Of a DNA stretch of 64,000 bases, positions 1 to 9,996 are shown piece after piece (the first letter of the stretch is position 1; each line of letters starts with the position of its first letter). A program made the position numbers and the translations under genes. Origin of the DNA: Candidatus Moraniibacteriota bacterium (GTDB taxonomy: Bacteria > Patescibacteriota > Minisyncoccia > Moranbacterales > UBA2206); contig JBAQNP010000039.1 of the NCBI GenBank assembly GCA_049303905.1, positions 36,682 to 100,681 on the forward strand, given 5' to 3'. The notes below the pieces were generated by a model, which was not told the DNA's origin, did not search any database, and worked only from the letters and a program-made list of their open reading frames with translations.

Positions 1-385
1 GCTTTGGAATGATATCATGCACTATCATAATATGTTTTACTTCCTTATATGGTTGAATGGAAGTAGGACATTGATACATGCTAATAAAAACATCACACTC
101 GTCTTTTTTGACCCGCCTTGGCAAAAGAAATTTTTCCCACCAAATTTTTCGAATCAAATCATCTCTTCTATACATCGGCAAAAATATTTTCTTGGTAAAA
201 TTATCAGGAATCTCAAAATCCTTTGAAATATCTTCTTCCAAATACAAAATAAACTCCAAATCATTTTGTTTGTATCTTGCCAAGTTTTTTAAAAAGTTGG
301 CTGTCACCTGCCCGATGCCGGTATTCGGCTTCCTAAGATATGAAGCGTTGATACCTATTTTCAGTCTGTTATTTTTTTTCTTCAT
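1..385 (-). CDS. GT4 family glycosyltransferase, N-terminal part (C-terminus lies beyond window start)
   Basis: Minus-strand translation from ATG at 383-385: MKKKNNRLKIGINASYLRKPNTGIGQVTANFL...KHIMIVHDIIP. This is the typical GT4/GT1 N-terminal Rossmann region and HD-I-I-P motif. The ORF runs off the window edge, so it is absent from the ORF track. Confidence 0.65.
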   Translation of the reverse strand, partial: MKKKNNRLKIGINASYLRKPNTGIGQVTANFLKNLARYKQNDLEFILYLEEDISKDFEIPDNFTKKIFLPMYRRDDLIRKIWWEKFLLPRRVKKDECDVFISMYQCPTSIQPYKEVKHIMIVHDIIPK

Positions 386-398
386 TTAATTTCTATTA

Positions 399-433
399 CA
401 TGTTTTATGTTATATGTTTCATGTTTCATGACT
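399..433. repeat. Heptad (CATGAAA)n-like element, copy 1, immediately 5' of the GT4 start codon
   Basis: Minus strand reads GTCATGAAACATGAAACATATAACATAAAACATG (7-nt period). It is about 85% identical to the copy at 24064-24126. Confidence 0.55.
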
Positions 434-549
434 TCATTGTAAAGCCAAAATCAAATTATGTCATGCACGCAAAATATGCATTGCCAGATAATCCTTTTTA
501 GGCTATAATCAATTCATAATAAAAGTTAATTTTTAAGCCTATAATACTT

Positions 550-780
550 ATGTTTAGTATTGTTAAATTTGCCATTTGGATTGTTCTTTTTTTAGCCGCA
601 ACCTATTTTGTGCTCAGTTTTTTCGGCTATGATGTCAATCGAGAATATTTTTCCGGTACCAGAAAACAATGCAAAGAGAAGTTAAGAGAATGCACTAATA
701 ATGTATACCACAAAGGCATCGACAATCTTGAGTGTAATCTTGATTGCGTTGACCCTAAATTAATAATTAAAAAGAAGTAA
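550..780 (+). CDS. small hypothetical membrane/exported protein (76 aa), Cys-containing C-terminal part
   Basis: ORF with an N-terminal hydrophobic helix (FAIWIVLFLAATYFVLSFF) ending 1 nt before the next gene. No recognisable family. Confidence 0.3.
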   Translation: MFSIVKFAIWIVLFLAATYFVLSFFGYDVNREYFSGTRKQCKEKLRECTNNVYHKGIDNLECNLDCVDPKLIIKKK

Positions 781-781
781 C

Positions 782-1765
782 ATGAAACTAATCATAAACA
801 TACCCGCTTATAATGAAGAGAAGGATCTTGGAAAAACAATTGAGCGAATCAAGGAAAGTTTTTCAAATGATTTCTATTCTAAAGAAGGCGCGCGCATTAC
901 TGAAAAATTAATTCAAGTAGTGGATGACGGCTCAAGCGACAATACCGCCGAAGTGGCCAGAGAAGCTGGAGCTGATATTGTTATTTCCTATAAACCTAAT
1001 CGAAGATTGGCCTATTCATTCAAACAAGCTGTGGAAAGTTCTCTTAAAAACGGTGCGGATTTCATGGTAAACATTGATGCGGATGGACAATTTGACCCCA
1101 ATGATATTCCTCAGTTGCTTTCGCCAGTTTTGAAAGGCGAGGCTGACATAGCAATTGCTAATCGCTTTGGTGAGTATAAGGCTAAAAACATTCCTTGGGT
1201 ACGAAGCTTTTTTAATCGTTTCGCCGCTTCTTTCATAGGATTTTTTCTAAATTACAAAACTAATGATCTGACTTGCGGATTTCGTGCTCACTCTCGAGAG
1301 GCAATGCTTCGACTAAATCTCACCAATGTTTATTTCACCTATACTCAAGAAACGATCATTGATGCCATTGGAAAAAATTTGAAATTAAAATGGGTTCCAA
1401 TCACAGTCACCTATTTTGACAATCGCGAAGCCAAAATAACAAAATCAATTTTCAAATTTATCAATAATTCTGGAAAAATAATTTTGAAAGCTGTTCGTGA
1501 TGTGAGACCACTAAAGTTTTTTGGCTGGCCAGGAGTATTTTTGGTGACTGTCGGACTTGTTGGTTTTTCTATCTTTCTTTTTCACTATTTCCAAGGTTTT
1601 AAAATTTCTCCCTATTTAAATTACATTATTTTTTCCGCCATCTCAATGCTTCTGGGAATTCAACTTATCGTTTTCGCTTTGATTGCTGATATGATCAAAT
1701 CTTCTCGCCAACTAACTGAAGAACTTTTCTACCAATGGAAGAAAGATAAATACAATAAATCATAA
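782..1765 (+). CDS. GT2 family polyprenol-phosphate glycosyltransferase (GtrB/DPM1-like) with C-terminal TM helices
   Basis: N-terminal IINIPAYNEE...VVDDGSSDNT...NIDADGQ (GT2 DXD region); two hydrophobic helices near the C-terminus, as in the GtrB/ArnC/DPM1 family. Confidence 0.8.
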   Translation: MKLIINIPAYNEEKDLGKTIERIKESFSNDFYSKEGARITEKLIQVVDDGSSDNTAEVAREAGADIVISYKPNRRLAYSFKQAVESSLKNGADFMVNIDADGQFDPNDIPQLLSPVLKGEADIAIANRFGEYKAKNIPWVRSFFNRFAASFIGFFLNYKTNDLTCGFRAHSREAMLRLNLTNVYFTYTQETIIDAIGKNLKLKWVPITVTYFDNREAKITKSIFKFINNSGKIILKAVRDVRPLKFFGWPGVFLVTVGLVGFSIFLFHYFQGFKISPYLNYIIFSAISMLLGIQLIVFALIADMIKSSRQLTEELFYQWKKDKYNKS

Positions 1766-1770
1766 AGTCA

Positions 1771-2889
1771 ATGAAAATATTATTCATCTCTCACTCCTAT
1801 CCCCCAATTCTTGGCGGAGTGGAAAGTCAAAACTATAATTTAGCCCAGGGACTTTCAAAAATTTCTCAAGTTAAAATTATCGCCAATGGTCGTGGTAAAT
1901 GGTGGCTTCCAGTTTTTGTGCCGATAACTTTCCTGCGCGCCTTTTTTTTGATGATGAACTGCGACGCTTGTCTTTTGGGCAATGGAGTTCTGGCGCCAAT
2001 AGGGATAGCTTTGAAATTTTTTCATCCCAAGAAAAAGTTTTTTTCTGTTGTGCATGGACTTGATATAACTTTCGCTAATAAGAAAGGAATTTTACCAAAA
2101 ATTTATAAAGCTATTAATATTCCTTCAATCAAAAAAATTGATAAGCTTTTTATGGTAGGAAATTTCACAATTGAAGCCGCCGTCAAAGCTGGGGTGCCTA
2201 AGGAAAATTGTGTTTTTATTCCTAATGGAGTTTTTATTGAAAACTTCAGAAAAGAATTTTCCCGAAAAGATTTGTCCACACTATGGGCAAAAGACACTGC
2301 TGACAAAAAAGTTATTTTACGCCTTGGACGATTTGTTCCGCATAAAGGCACAGCTTGGTTTATCAAAAATATAATGCCGCGTTTACCGGAAAATGTAATT
2401 CTGTTTGCTGTAGGAGGTCGCGTTGACAAAAATACCGCTGGCGATCCGGATAATTTTGAAGATTGTGAAAAAGAAATAACAGACAATAATCTAGAAGATC
2501 GAGTGAAGCTTATCCCCAATATTCCACAAAGGGATTTAGAGGTCTTATTAAACACTGCTGATTTAGTTGTCGCTCCCAACATTCATTATAAAAGTTCTTC
2601 AGAAGGATTCGGTATCAACGCTATTGAGGCCGCAGCTTGCGAAAGAGTTGTAATTGCTTCAAATATGCAAGGTTTAGCTGATGCAATCAAAGACGGTAAG
2701 AATGGTTTCTTAGTTGAGAGCGAAAACATCGAACAATGGGTCAAAAAAATCAACGCTATTTTTTCCGCCGGACCGGAATTTGCTAAAAATTTTGGGACTA
2801 TGGCGGGAAAATATGTAGAAGAAAATTTCACTTGGAAAAATATTTCAAAAAGATATTTGGAAGAGATGGAGAAAGCAAGTAGAAAGTAG
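1771..2889 (+). CDS. GT4 family glycosyltransferase
   Basis: MKILFISHSYPPILGGVE N-terminus; C-terminal EGFGINAIEAAACERVVIAS...GKNGFLVE (GT4 E-x7-E region). Confidence 0.8.
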   Translation: MKILFISHSYPPILGGVESQNYNLAQGLSKISQVKIIANGRGKWWLPVFVPITFLRAFFLMMNCDACLLGNGVLAPIGIALKFFHPKKKFFSVVHGLDITFANKKGILPKIYKAINIPSIKKIDKLFMVGNFTIEAAVKAGVPKENCVFIPNGVFIENFRKEFSRKDLSTLWAKDTADKKVILRLGRFVPHKGTAWFIKNIMPRLPENVILFAVGGRVDKNTAGDPDNFEDCEKEITDNNLEDRVKLIPNIPQRDLEVLLNTADLVVAPNIHYKSSSEGFGINAIEAAACERVVIASNMQGLADAIKDGKNGFLVESENIEQWVKKINAIFSAGPEFAKNFGTMAGKYVEENFTWKNISKRYLEEMEKASRK

Positions 2890-2971
2890 CAAGTAGTAAG
2901 CAGAAGACTTGCCCGCCGTTTATCTGCCGATGAGGCAGGATGAGGCGTGGTAGAAAGTATTAAGCAGAAAA

Positions 2972-4897
2972 ATGTTAAATTTTATCTACAATCAAATTTT
3001 ATTTTATATTTCCATCGCCGTAATATTATTTATTCCGGGATATTTTTTGCTTTTGGCAATTTTTGGAAAATCCAAAATATTAACTTCTCTGGAAAGATTT
3101 GTACTTTCTTTTAGCCTGAGTATAATTTTTATTGATTTGGCCTTGATTCTTTTGGATAAATTTAATCTACTCATTGATGCAAAATTCATCCTGATTTCTA
3201 TTTTGTTTTTAATTATTATTTGCTACATAATATTTGTAATTAAAAAAGAAAAACAAACAGAAAATTTAGAGAATATTGCCTATTCTAAAAAACAAAACTT
3301 TCTAATAATTTCGATTGTCCTTTTCAGTATTCTAATTCGCGCTTTTTTTCTTTCCTACACTATCGCTCCAACCGGAACTGATCTCGGTCATCATATGTAT
3401 TGGACCAAAAAAATAATGACGACCGGAGAAATTCCTAATTATGAAAAAATAGAGATAGTCCAAAAAGACGGCGCCTATGCTATAAGCGAACCGTCGGCCA
3501 TCGATGATTTCATAATCGGCGAGCATTTAATTTTTGCCTCTATCGGACTTGTCTCAAAAAATGATGTCACTTCCGCTTTTCCACCAATCATATTATTCGC
3601 CATCAATATAATGGGGATGCTAGCTCTTTTTGTTTTATCCGAAAGAATTTTTTCTTCTCTGCCCTATGGAAAAAATATCTCCATCACTGTTTTGTTTTTT
3701 GTGGGCGCCCTTTTTGCTCTTTCTGGTTCGCAGGGAAATTTCATTAGTGGAGGTGTAATTGGAAATCTTCTTGGTAATCTACTCATCCCCTTGATTTTCT
3801 ATTTTTTCTTCCGAGGCATACTTGAAAAAAATTCTGCTTTTTTCTCCCTCGGACTCATCACCTCCTTTGGCCTCGCCTACACTCATCACCTCAGTACTTT
3901 TATTTTTGCCTTTTCTCTTATTTTCGTCCTATTTTTTATCTTACTTTTCCAGGGCAAAGAATTTTTTTCTGAGATAAAAAAATGGTTGGCCTTAATTTTT
4001 TCTCCTAGTGCTTTGGCAATCATTTTTTTTGGAATTGCTTTTTTCTTTTTTGTGCGAATGCCGGGGTACATTGAAAACCAAGCCGTCAAAACAATCGTTG
4101 GCGAGCCATCCCGCTCAACCAAAGCCGGACTAAGTATGGTGCAAATCTTTGCCACTGTCGGAGAAAGTCGCGCTACACTTGGGATAATCGGGATAATTTT
4201 GCTTTTTGTTTTTTTCAAAAAAAATAAGTATCAAAGCGCTCTTTTGGTCGGCTGGTTTCTTTCGATTTTCATTATGTCTTGGAAACCAACTCTCCTTCAT
4301 ATCGATATCCCATCTTCCCGCATCGGGAATTATCTCATTCTTCCTCTCATTCTCGCCGGAGCTTTCGCGCTAAATTGGATTTTTTTTGATTATCTGAAAA
4401 ACAAAGAAGGTGAATATCATTTGGATAAGAATTGGAAATCATCAGCTTTTTTGATTTTAGCTTTATACGTTTCTGTCGGCGGATTTATGTCCCAAGCCCA
4501 ATCAATTAATCCAGCAAAAGCCAATTCAAAATTTATCGAAACCTTTGCCGTTTCAAGATACCTCTCCCAAAAAACAACCACTGCGGATATCGTCCTAAAA
4601 GATCATAATTATGTTTCGGCCGATTCTTGGATGAAAGTTTTTTTGATGCGAGATTATAATTATCCGTTCACTCGAAGTTTTTTATTTCGCTATGACAGTC
4701 CAACTCGTGAACAATGCACTCTTCGCATGATATCTGAACCAAAATCATCTGAAGCGAAAAAATGTTTCAAAGAAACCGGTATCAATTTTGTGGTAGTTAA
4801 TCCTCATTATGATAGTTCGCAATTTAGCGATTCCAAAGAATTTTGGAAAATATATTCCTCTGATTTAATTGGAACTTATTATAAAACGAAAAAATAA
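2972..4897 (+). CDS. polytopic membrane protein with C-terminal extracytoplasmic domain; possible GT-C fold glycosyltransferase
   Basis: 641 aa with more than 10 predicted hydrophobic helices across the first about 480 aa, then a soluble C-terminal domain. Family not recognised with certainty. Confidence 0.4.
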   Translation: MLNFIYNQILFYISIAVILFIPGYFLLLAIFGKSKILTSLERFVLSFSLSIIFIDLALILLDKFNLLIDAKFILISILFLIIICYIIFVIKKEKQTENLENIAYSKKQNFLIISIVLFSILIRAFFLSYTIAPTGTDLGHHMYWTKKIMTTGEIPNYEKIEIVQKDGAYAISEPSAIDDFIIGEHLIFASIGLVSKNDVTSAFPPIILFAINIMGMLALFVLSERIFSSLPYGKNISITVLFFVGALFALSGSQGNFISGGVIGNLLGNLLIPLIFYFFFRGILEKNSAFFSLGLITSFGLAYTHHLSTFIFAFSLIFVLFFILLFQGKEFFSEIKKWLALIFSPSALAIIFFGIAFFFFVRMPGYIENQAVKTIVGEPSRSTKAGLSMVQIFATVGESRATLGIIGIILLFVFFKKNKYQSALLVGWFLSIFIMSWKPTLLHIDIPSSRIGNYLILPLILAGAFALNWIFFDYLKNKEGEYHLDKNWKSSAFLILALYVSVGGFMSQAQSINPAKANSKFIETFAVSRYLSQKTTTADIVLKDHNYVSADSWMKVFLMRDYNYPFTRSFLFRYDSPTREQCTLRMISEPKSSEAKKCFKETGINFVVVNPHYDSSQFSDSKEFWKIYSSDLIGTYYKTKK

Positions 4898-4902
4898 TAC
4901 CC

Positions 4903-5262
4903 ATGAAAAATAAAATAATAATTTTAGCAACAATACTCTTTTTTATCCTTAGTGCATCTTCTTTGGCGTGGATTGAAAAAAAACAATCCGATGAAAATGA
5001 AGGCAAAAATTGGTGGGCGCTATATTTCGCCGAACCCAAATCTGATAGTTTAAATTTTGTGATTGAAAATCATAGCAATGAAAATAATTTTCATTGGGAG
5101 ATATCTTATGGAGGAAATAAAATTAAGGAAGGAAATACTACAATAGAAAAAGGAGCCTCTTTACAACTAAATTCCCACTTAAATATTACTCCTGAAAACA
5201 AAAAAATTATCATTCAGGTGACTTCAGGAGATAAGAAAAAGGAGATTTATAAAAACTTATGA
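4903..5262 (+). CDS. hypothetical secreted protein (119 aa)
   Basis: Signal-peptide-like N-terminus IIILATILFFILSASSLA; no recognisable family. Confidence 0.35.
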   Translation: MKNKIIILATILFFILSASSLAWIEKKQSDENEGKNWWALYFAEPKSDSLNFVIENHSNENNFHWEISYGGNKIKEGNTTIEKGASLQLNSHLNITPENKKIIIQVTSGDKKKEIYKNL

Positions 5263-6383
5263 AAAAAATACTTTTAGTAACAAGACCAATTGCCCCACCC
5301 TGGGACGAAGGTTCGAAAAATTTTGCTTTTTATTTGGCAAAAAATATTCAAAACGAAAATTTGGAAATTAATTTAATGGGGAAGAACGATTTATCTGATT
5401 TGCCAGAAAATGTCCGCCTTCATAAAGTCTATACAACTTCTGAAATTTACCAATTTAATTTTTTGCAAAAACTTCGCGCCCTTCTTTTTCAATTCAAAAC
5501 CAAGGGCCAGTTTGATATTAATCACTATTTTTTCACTCCGACAAAACTCAATTCATTTCTCATTAAATATTTTCTGAAATCTAAAAAAACCAAAACTGTC
5601 CAAACTATCGCCTCTCTTCGTGATGATCTTTGGTCATCGGATGATATCAAAAAACTTATGTTTGCCGATCTCATCATCACCTATTCTGATTATGCTAAAA
5701 ATAAACTCGGGCTTTTGGGATTTCAAAATGTCAAAAGAGTTTACCCGGGAATTGATTTGAAAAAATATCAACCGCAAGAAAAAAACCTTGAACTTATGCA
5801 AAAAAATAATATCTCAAAGGATGACTTTGTGATAAATTTTTCCGGCGAATATGTGCGCCTCGGGGCAATTGATTTGATTATTGATAGTTTTATTGAAATT
5901 TCTAAAAAAATTCCCGAGGCTAAATTAGCTTTAGCAGTCAGAATTAAAAACGAAAAAGACGCTCAGAAAAAAGAAGCGGTCATGGAAAAAATCAAGAAAA
6001 ATAATCTTCTGGAGAAAGTTTCCTTTTTTGATGATGGGAAATATAATATACTGGAAGTCTACAATCTCTGCGACATCAGTCTTTTTCCAGTGCAAAATAT
6101 GCACGGAAAATTTGACATTCCCCTAGCAGTCATTGAAGCAATGGCCTGTGAAAAACCAGTCATTTTTTCAGACCTAGAAATTTTAAAAGAATTGGGAAAG
6201 AATGATAATTCTGTTATAATTGAAAAAGATAATCAAAAACAATTAACTAATGCGATTTTTGATTTATATCAAGACAAAGAAAAGCGCGAAAGATTAGGAA
6301 AGAATGCCAGGAAATATGTCCAAGAAAATTTCGATATTCAAAAAATCGCTGGAATTTATGAAGAAATTTATAAAACTTTATGA
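5259..6383 (+). CDS. GT4 family glycosyltransferase
   Basis: C-terminal LAVIEAMACEKPVIFSD...NARKYVQENFD, typical GT4. The start overlaps the previous stop by 4 nt. Confidence 0.75.
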   Translation: MKKILLVTRPIAPPWDEGSKNFAFYLAKNIQNENLEINLMGKNDLSDLPENVRLHKVYTTSEIYQFNFLQKLRALLFQFKTKGQFDINHYFFTPTKLNSFLIKYFLKSKKTKTVQTIASLRDDLWSSDDIKKLMFADLIITYSDYAKNKLGLLGFQNVKRVYPGIDLKKYQPQEKNLELMQKNNISKDDFVINFSGEYVRLGAIDLIIDSFIEISKKIPEAKLALAVRIKNEKDAQKKEAVMEKIKKNNLLEKVSFFDDGKYNILEVYNLCDISLFPVQNMHGKFDIPLAVIEAMACEKPVIFSDLEILKELGKNDNSVIIEKDNQKQLTNAIFDLYQDKEKRERLGKNARKYVQENFDIQKIAGIYEEIYKTL

Positions 6384-7708
6384 AAAAATATACCCTAGAA
6401 AATATTTCGCCTAACAAAAAAAGTTTTCAAACGGAAAAAATGAAAGTGCCGGCTATTTTGTTTTCCGGTGAAAGAGATTTTTCGCAGAGCGATGTTTTGG
6501 AAAAAGTTGAAGCCATAGCAGAGAGAAAAAATGTTTTTGAAAATATTGCCGTTCTTAGTGAAGCGCACACTAAACCAAATATTGAAAACCCGACTGGTTC
6601 CGTGGTCGCTTCAGAAAACATAATTCCGGAGATGATTGATGCCGCCACTAATTGCGGAATGCGAATTATTTTGACCGATCTAAGTGAAAATGAATTAACC
6701 GCACACAACATAGAAAATCTTTTCTCAGAATTCAAGAAGAATATTCCCTCAAAAAAAATAATCGGTACAAAAATTTCCAAACAGATGGTAGCAGATATTT
6801 TTCAATTCGGTAGCAAAGCTCTGGAAAAAGTTTTCTTAATTAACACAAAAAATGAATTTGAAAATACTTTTTCTCAGGGTAATTTTTTTGCGGACAAAGA
6901 GATATCCTCAGAAGAAATATCCGGCGCTGTTCCAAGGATTGTTTCTTGGATTGCCAAATTTCGATTGGGACTCCTTGGAGCAACCAATAGCCATTTTATT
7001 TATCTTATGAAAGTTTCTTCTATTGAAGATGAAAATTTAGCTAAATTACTTGGAGTTAAAAAAGATCAATATTTATTTTTTATGCACACCGGCTCAAGTA
7101 TTGTCGGACGATACACTGCTTCGCTTTATACCAAAAGAAAAATCAAAAGCTTTTCCCAAAAAATAATTCTCTTTTTGATAAGATTATTCTCCACTTCAAT
7201 TGAAAAAGATAACCGCCAGAAAATTACTACCGCCTTTCGTGCTACAGGAAACTATGGCTTTGCTAATCGAACGCTAATAACTTGCGAGATCCACACGGCT
7301 TTGGAAAAAATATTTGCTAGAACAGTTTCAACTGAACTTCTCTATGACGCTCCCCATGTCTATTTTGAAAAAGAATCACATTTTGGAAAAGAAGTCATTA
7401 TTCATCGAAATGGCGCTAATCGAGCCCTTGGGCCTTCAAAAATGGCTCTTCATGCGGTTTTTTCTCAAACTGGCGAACCAGTGCTGATTGCCCCCTTTGC
7501 CAAGAAAATTGCCTACATTGGAGTTGGGACCGATCAAAATGAAGAAACGTTTTTTTCCGCTAATCATGAAATTGGAAAAATAAAAGAATTGCAAATTCCA
7601 GAAGAAAAATCCCTCGAATACGCTGAAAAAATAGTTAGTGAAATGGAAAGAAATAAAATAATAAAATTAGTGGCAAAATTAGAAACGGTAGAAATTTTAA
7701 CATACTAA
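6380..7708 (+). CDS. rtcB: RtcB-family protein (RNA 3'-phosphate ligase family), divergent active-site motifs
   Basis: Motifs align to RtcB: ATNCGMR (cf. DI/NCGxR), GATNSHFIY (cf. GSGNHF), FMHTGSS (cf. HSGSRG), GNYGFANR (cf. NYAxANR), YDAPHVYFEKE...IIHRNGANRA (cf. YDxxHN...VHRKGATRA), and a C-terminal IIKLVAKLE tail. The canonical STCHGAGR reads SANHEIGK. Confidence 0.65.
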   Translation: MKKYTLENISPNKKSFQTEKMKVPAILFSGERDFSQSDVLEKVEAIAERKNVFENIAVLSEAHTKPNIENPTGSVVASENIIPEMIDAATNCGMRIILTDLSENELTAHNIENLFSEFKKNIPSKKIIGTKISKQMVADIFQFGSKALEKVFLINTKNEFENTFSQGNFFADKEISSEEISGAVPRIVSWIAKFRLGLLGATNSHFIYLMKVSSIEDENLAKLLGVKKDQYLFFMHTGSSIVGRYTASLYTKRKIKSFSQKIILFLIRLFSTSIEKDNRQKITTAFRATGNYGFANRTLITCEIHTALEKIFARTVSTELLYDAPHVYFEKESHFGKEVIIHRNGANRALGPSKMALHAVFSQTGEPVLIAPFAKKIAYIGVGTDQNEETFFSANHEIGKIKELQIPEEKSLEYAEKIVSEMERNKIIKLVAKLETVEILTY

Positions 7709-7713
7709 AAATA

Positions 7714-7862
7714 GGACTTACACATTTGATTGTGGAAAAGATATTAACGCAGTCGCCAGAAAAATATTTTCATGTAAACAATCTCTAATTACTGGCAAAT
7801 TATTAAATTTTATAATTACTTTCGCGACGAGCATATCTTGACGCAAGCAAATGTGTGAGTCC
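7714..7862. mobile_element. 149-bp MITE-like element with 15-bp terminal inverted repeats
   Basis: GGACTTACACATTTG (7714-7728) against CAAATGTGTGAGTCC (7848-7862), 14 of 15 complementary. Flanked by a TAAAATA-like direct repeat (7706-7713 and 7863-7870); AT-rich interior. Confidence 0.4.
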
Positions 7863-7871
7863 TAAAATAAC

Positions 7872-8504
7872 ATGAAATTAATCACGATCTCCGGCCTGGA
7901 TGGCTCTGGAAAATCCACCCAAATAAATCTGCTAAAAAATTATCTCGAATCGCAAAATAAGCGGGTCTTTTATTTTCATGCCATAGAATTTGGCATTGCC
8001 AAAAAAATTGTCAATTTTCGAAATAAGTATTGCCTGATTTGCCGCTTAACTGGAAAATGCAAAGTTTACAAAGAGAAAAGCGTCACTCATGCCAATTGGT
8101 TTCAAATATTTCTAAGAAAGATATTTTTAAAAATTGACATTTATCGTTTTGAAAAATTATATAAGAAATTAGAAAAAGAAGGTTTTGATTACATATTGAG
8201 CGATAGGTTTTTTCATGATTCAATTATAAATATTTGGTATTTAGAAAATTCTAAAATTGAAAATTATGAATTAATTGAAAATTTAAAATTGAAAATTGAA
8301 AATTCTAGATTATTTTATCTCCAAACTGATCCAGCGACTATAATGTCTCGCGAGCGAAAACCCGATCAAGGAATTGCATATCTTAAGAAGAAAAAAGAAT
8401 TATACGAAACAAAAATCTCTGCTTGGAATATAAAAACCATTAATGGCAACAGAAACAAGGAAGAAATTTTTGAAGAGATAAAAAAAATGATAGACCACTT
8501 ATGA
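7872..8504 (+). CDS. thymidylate-kinase-like P-loop nucleotide kinase
   Basis: ISGLDGSGKSTQ P-loop of the Tmk type and an LSDRFFHDS (DRY-like) motif; 210 aa. Confidence 0.55.
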   Translation: MKLITISGLDGSGKSTQINLLKNYLESQNKRVFYFHAIEFGIAKKIVNFRNKYCLICRLTGKCKVYKEKSVTHANWFQIFLRKIFLKIDIYRFEKLYKKLEKEGFDYILSDRFFHDSIINIWYLENSKIENYELIENLKLKIENSRLFYLQTDPATIMSRERKPDQGIAYLKKKKELYETKISAWNIKTINGNRNKEEIFEEIKKMIDHL

Positions 8505-9991
8505 CTAATGATAAATTTGCCAAAATTGGCGAGAAAAAACAATCTGTAGTCTCTTCAATTCTCTGGTTGGCTATCGCGGAGATATTTTTCAATTTTTCCG
8601 GCTATATAATCCACGCCTTCCTCGGTAGAATGCTGGGGCCGGCGGATTATGGACGCTATGGCCTAGTTGTCACGCTCACCACCATGATTATAATGCTCAT
8701 TGGAAATGGCATCCCAACAGCTATGAGTAAATATATTAGTGGTTTTTTTGAAAGCCAACCAGGGCTCGTGCTAAGTGTCAAAAAAAAGGCAGCTATTTTG
8801 CAATTTATCCTGATTGGATCTATCACTATAATATTTTTCCTCTTGGCTCCTGTGCTATCTTTTGTTTTGCGTGATCCGACACTTACTCCGCTTTTTCGCA
8901 TTTCTTCCTTGATTATCCCCTCTTTTGCCGCCGCTTCTTTCTATCTCTACTATTATATCGGCATTCATCGCTTCAGCTTACAATCCACACTAAAAATAGT
9001 CCGCTCTTTTGCTAGAATAATTTTTGTTGTTGGACTAGCTTATTTTTTCGGCCTGAAAGGCTCAATTTCTGGATATATTCTGGCGCCAGCAACAGTTTTT
9101 TTGACTGCCTATCTGATTGATAAATTTTTCATCAACCGACACTTTCCCAAAGACAATACTGATTTTTTCGATTGGAAAAAACTAGTCAATTATGCTTGGC
9201 CAGTCACGCTATTTATGATTTTTTATGAACTTCTAATTTCCTTGGATCTATATTTAGTCAAAGGAATACTTGCCAATGATCATTTAACCGGAATTTATAA
9301 CGCCTCACTCACTGTCGGTCGAATCCCCTATTATTTGTTCTATGCCCTCACACTCGTCATGCTTCCGTCAATTTCCCGAACAACTTCTCAAAATAAACAC
9401 GAGGAAACAAAAAAAATAATGACCGAGACTTTCCGGTTGATGTTTATGATTTTAATTCCAATCATAATTCTTATGGTTGTTTATGCTGAACCTCTCATTA
9501 AGTTATTTTTCGGCTCACATTATGCTGATTCAGTTATCCCAATGCAAATTTTGGCGCCAGGAGTTGGATTTCTCACAATTTTCTATATCCTAAGTTTTGC
9601 TTTAAATGGAGCTGGGAAAGTCAAAATTCCAATGTATATTGCGCTTTTTGGAATGATATTGAACGGCGGACTAAATTATGTTATGATTTTGAAGCTTGGA
9701 ATTTCTGGCTCAGCCACCGCCACCTCTATTGTTTCAGTTATAATTACCGCGATAATTTTGCTCTACGCACTGAAATATTTCGGCCGATTCATTCAGATAA
9801 AAAGCGTAACGAAGATACTTCTTGCCGGAATTGCCATGTTTTTTGCCTCGAATTTTTTCCTTCCGCAAGAATGGATTTTCATCCTTTGGGGCGCTATCCT
9901 TTGTGCCATCTATCTTCTTGTTCTGATTATCCTCAAGGAATTTACTATAAATGATTTTAATTTTTTCAAAAAAATACTACTCAAAAAATAA
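8501..9991 (+). CDS. polysaccharide/oligosaccharide flippase (Wzx-like, MOP superfamily)
   Basis: 496 aa, about 14 hydrophobic helices. The N-terminal pattern ...AIAEIFFNFSGYIIHAFLGRMLGPADYGRYGLV is typical of Wzx/polysaccharide biosynthesis protein family. Confidence 0.7.
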   Translation: MTNDKFAKIGEKKQSVVSSILWLAIAEIFFNFSGYIIHAFLGRMLGPADYGRYGLVVTLTTMIIMLIGNGIPTAMSKYISGFFESQPGLVLSVKKKAAILQFILIGSITIIFFLLAPVLSFVLRDPTLTPLFRISSLIIPSFAAASFYLYYYIGIHRFSLQSTLKIVRSFARIIFVVGLAYFFGLKGSISGYILAPATVFLTAYLIDKFFINRHFPKDNTDFFDWKKLVNYAWPVTLFMIFYELLISLDLYLVKGILANDHLTGIYNASLTVGRIPYYLFYALTLVMLPSISRTTSQNKHEETKKIMTETFRLMFMILIPIIILMVVYAEPLIKLFFGSHYADSVIPMQILAPGVGFLTIFYILSFALNGAGKVKIPMYIALFGMILNGGLNYVMILKLGISGSATATSIVSVIITAIILLYALKYFGRFIQIKSVTKILLAGIAMFFASNFFLPQEWIFILWGAILCAIYLLVLIILKEFTINDFNFFKKILLKK

Positions 9992-9996
9992 ATTAT

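Noticed and set aside
2103-2582. 159-aa minus-strand ORF antisense to the GT4 gene 1771-2889 (and similar antisense ORFs at 6427-6780, 52045-52485, 23404-23700, 35127-35495)
   Set aside because: They lie entirely inside well-supported genes on the opposite strand and have low-complexity, Ser/Leu/Phe-rich translations. Such ORFs are expected in AT-rich DNA opposite real CDS.
2890-2971. GC-rich nested stem-loops (CGCC...GGCG / CTGCC...GGCAG) in the spacer between two plus-strand genes
   Set aside because: Stems are only 4-5 bp and lack a following T-tract, so this is not a convincing terminator or known riboswitch; kept only as a note.
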